A program made the position numbers and the translations under genes. Positions 62,619-64,000 of a stretch of 64,000 nt of DNA are shown piece after piece. Origin of the DNA: a virus. The notes beneath the pieces were generated by a model, which was given only the letters and a program-made list of their open reading frames with translations, was not told where the DNA came from and made no database searches. The stretch is from positions 23,573 through 87,572 of the IMG/VR virus record IMGVR_UViG_3300028115_000009. One strand, written 5' to 3'. How positions within the stretch are numbered: position 1 is the first letter of the stretch; each line of letters starts with the position of its first letter.

Positions 62619-63335
62619 TTAGGGCAGAGAGTACATTTTTTTGAATGTATCTACAGTAATATGTGTTAAGTTAGCTATTTTATTTAGTTCATCAGGAATA
62701 AAATTATCTGGTGCTATTACTCTTACATACTTAATTCTACCGTTTGATTCTATAACATTTTTAGTTTGACGAAGCCAATTACCGTAATAAGTTGCAGTAT
62801 CGTTACTACGTTTATAGTTTTCAGTATCAGCATAAATGTTATTAAAAGTTTTTCCGCTGTTATTACCTTTGTAATCAAACCCTAAAATGTATATTGTTGT
62901 GTAGTTGTGTTGACTTGCTAACCATAATGCGGTAGGACCGCTGCTCCATCCTTTACTAGGTTGAAAGAAATTAAATCCTTCCATCGATGAATAAAGTTTA
63001 TTTGGATTTGTCCATACTTGATTAGTCTTTTGATATCCTGCTTTATTAATTTCTACAATCATTTTTGTATCAACGGCAATTAGATAATCAGGCGAGAAAC
63101 TTCTATACAATGCATTACATCCGTACACTTTTCCTAGTTTCTGCAGAGCGATAGGATCTATCCCATCTCTACTTGTGCCATTACCTAACACAAAAGAAAT
63201 TGGAGTTTTTAATCGAAGGTGTTCCTGTATAGGAATAGATGATACAATTTTTGAGGCAGCTTTTTCTGCTTTTGCAGCAGCTTTTAATGCTTTGTATTGA
63301 TCTTTTGTATATTGAGTTTTATCTATCTTTGCCAT
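62619..63335 (-). CDS. Maf/DUF115-like (sialyltransferase-like fold) putative glycosyltransferase
   Basis: FVLGNGTSR, YGCNALYR, PDYLIAVD, SSGPTALWLA, IYILGFD motifs. Confidence 0.55.
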   Translation of the reverse strand: MAKIDKTQYTKDQYKALKAAAKAEKAASKIVSSIPIQEHLRLKTPISFVLGNGTSRDGIDPIALQKLGKVYGCNALYRSFSPDYLIAVDTKMIVEINKAGYQKTNQVWTNPNKLYSSMEGFNFFQPSKGWSSGPTALWLASQHNYTTIYILGFDYKGNNSGKTFNNIYADTENYKRSNDTATYYGNWLRQTKNVIESNGRIKYVRVIAPDNFIPDELNKIANLTHITVDTFKKMYSLP

Positions 63336-63583
63336 TACACTCCGGCAGCGGCTGCTTGTGCTGCTATTCCATACATTTGTCTAACGAAATCTAATTCACC
63401 AGCTTTCTCAGTTGTATGTAGCTCACTTGCTTTCCTTGCACGGTTTATTTGGCGTAGGGTAAGACGTGTTTTACGAGTGTCGTTCATTTTAACAATACTG
63501 TCGTCGTACTGAGGATCATATCGATCATCCTCAGTAGGTTCGATTGTTTCTTTGTCAAAGTAAAATAGCTCACGTAATATCAT
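63335..63583 (-). CDS. Small head-operon protein
   Basis: MILRELF...DTRKTRLTLRQINRARKA...VRQMYG; directly after the portal gene with TATAAATA just upstream. Confidence 0.7.
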   Translation of the reverse strand: MILRELFYFDKETIEPTEDDRYDPQYDDSIVKMNDTRKTRLTLRQINRARKASELHTTEKAGELDFVRQMYGIAAQAAAAGV

Positions 63584-63587
63584 ATTG

Positions 63588-63595
63588 TATTTATA
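63588..63595 (-). promoter_or_regulatory. T4 late promoter TATAAATA overlapping the portal stop codon
   Basis: TATAAATAcaatATG on the minus strand. Confidence 0.7.
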
Positions 63596-64000
63596 TCGTT
63601 TGTGCCGTTGCTGCTCCGCCCGCCGGTGCTGCTCCTGGTGCTGTTCCTGTAGCAGTCTCTGGTGGTGCTGCTTCTCCGCCTACTTCAGGCTCGCCTTCGT
63701 CTGGTAAAATGTCTTCAGCGCCGTCAATGTCTGCACTAATGCCTGCACTACTAATACCAGCTGTACGCATTTCTGCGCTTGCGTCTTCACCGTTAGCAGT
63801 AATGTTTTCGTCGTTTTCTTCTTTCCATAGACGTTCATTTTCTGCAACTTCTTCTTCACTCATACCTAAGAAACGCATCATAGCAAAGCGATTTGAAATA
63901 TAAGGTATAGCACTCATTTGTGTAAATGTTGGTACACGAGCATTGTCAAGTTCTGATTGACGATATGCTGCAAAGTTTTGCGGAGTTTCAAATTCAAGAT
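63591..64000 (-). CDS. gp20: Portal protein (T4 gp20-like), 3' part; begins beyond the right edge
   Basis: The frame is open to the window end: LEFETPQNFAAYRQSELDNAR...PYISNRFAMMRFLGMSEEEVAENERLWKEE; upstream of the core/protease/capsid genes. Confidence 0.85.
   Translation of the reverse strand, partial: LEFETPQNFAAYRQSELDNARVPTFTQMSAIPYISNRFAMMRFLGMSEEEVAENERLWKEENDENITANGEDASAEMRTAGISSAGISADIDGAEDILPDEGEPEVGGEAAPPETATGTAPGAAPAGGAATAQTI

Noticed and set aside
1-64000. CRISPR arrays, tRNA/rRNA genes, introns/inteins, IS elements, stop-codon reassignment
   Set aside because: No regularly spaced repeats, cloverleafs or transposases seen by eye. Intergenic gaps are short and genes up to 11 kb are uninterrupted in the standard code. 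A tRNAscan/Infernal run was not possible.

Overview
This is a 64 kb piece of a large, AT-rich T4-like myophage genome, probably aquatic, with AGGAG ribosome binding sites and the standard genetic code. It holds most of the virion morphogenesis region. Left end: tail sheath (partial), neck gp13/gp14 and tail terminator gp15. From 21.4 to 58.5 kb: very large fibre/baseplate-type proteins, including three Cys-rich Gly-rich paralogs and a tail-assembly chaperone. Right end: the head operon (portal partial, core, gp21, gp22, gp23). Embedded at 8-21 kb is a tailoring-enzyme island: ADP-heptose pathway (hldE, hldD, gmhB and a cupin), a GT9-like glycosyltransferase, a carbamoyltransferase, two flavin halogenases, five 2OG-Fe(II)-type oxygenases, an FkbM methyltransferase and an SGNH-like protein. 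The most notable observations are: (1) ten C-x-R-D-x-G-Y helical repeats in the 3722-aa virion protein, spaced like globin domains and alternating A/B, which closely resemble the bilin-attachment helix of phycobiliproteins; (2) a possible virion or adhesin heptosylation/tailoring system beside a triplet of about 30-Cys fibre-tip proteins that show patchwork DNA identity; (3) three putative capsid-targeted internal proteins, one with an annexin repeat; (4) two structured 5' leader RNAs and several apparently leaderless transcripts. All family calls come from motif recognition by eye. No database searches were run.
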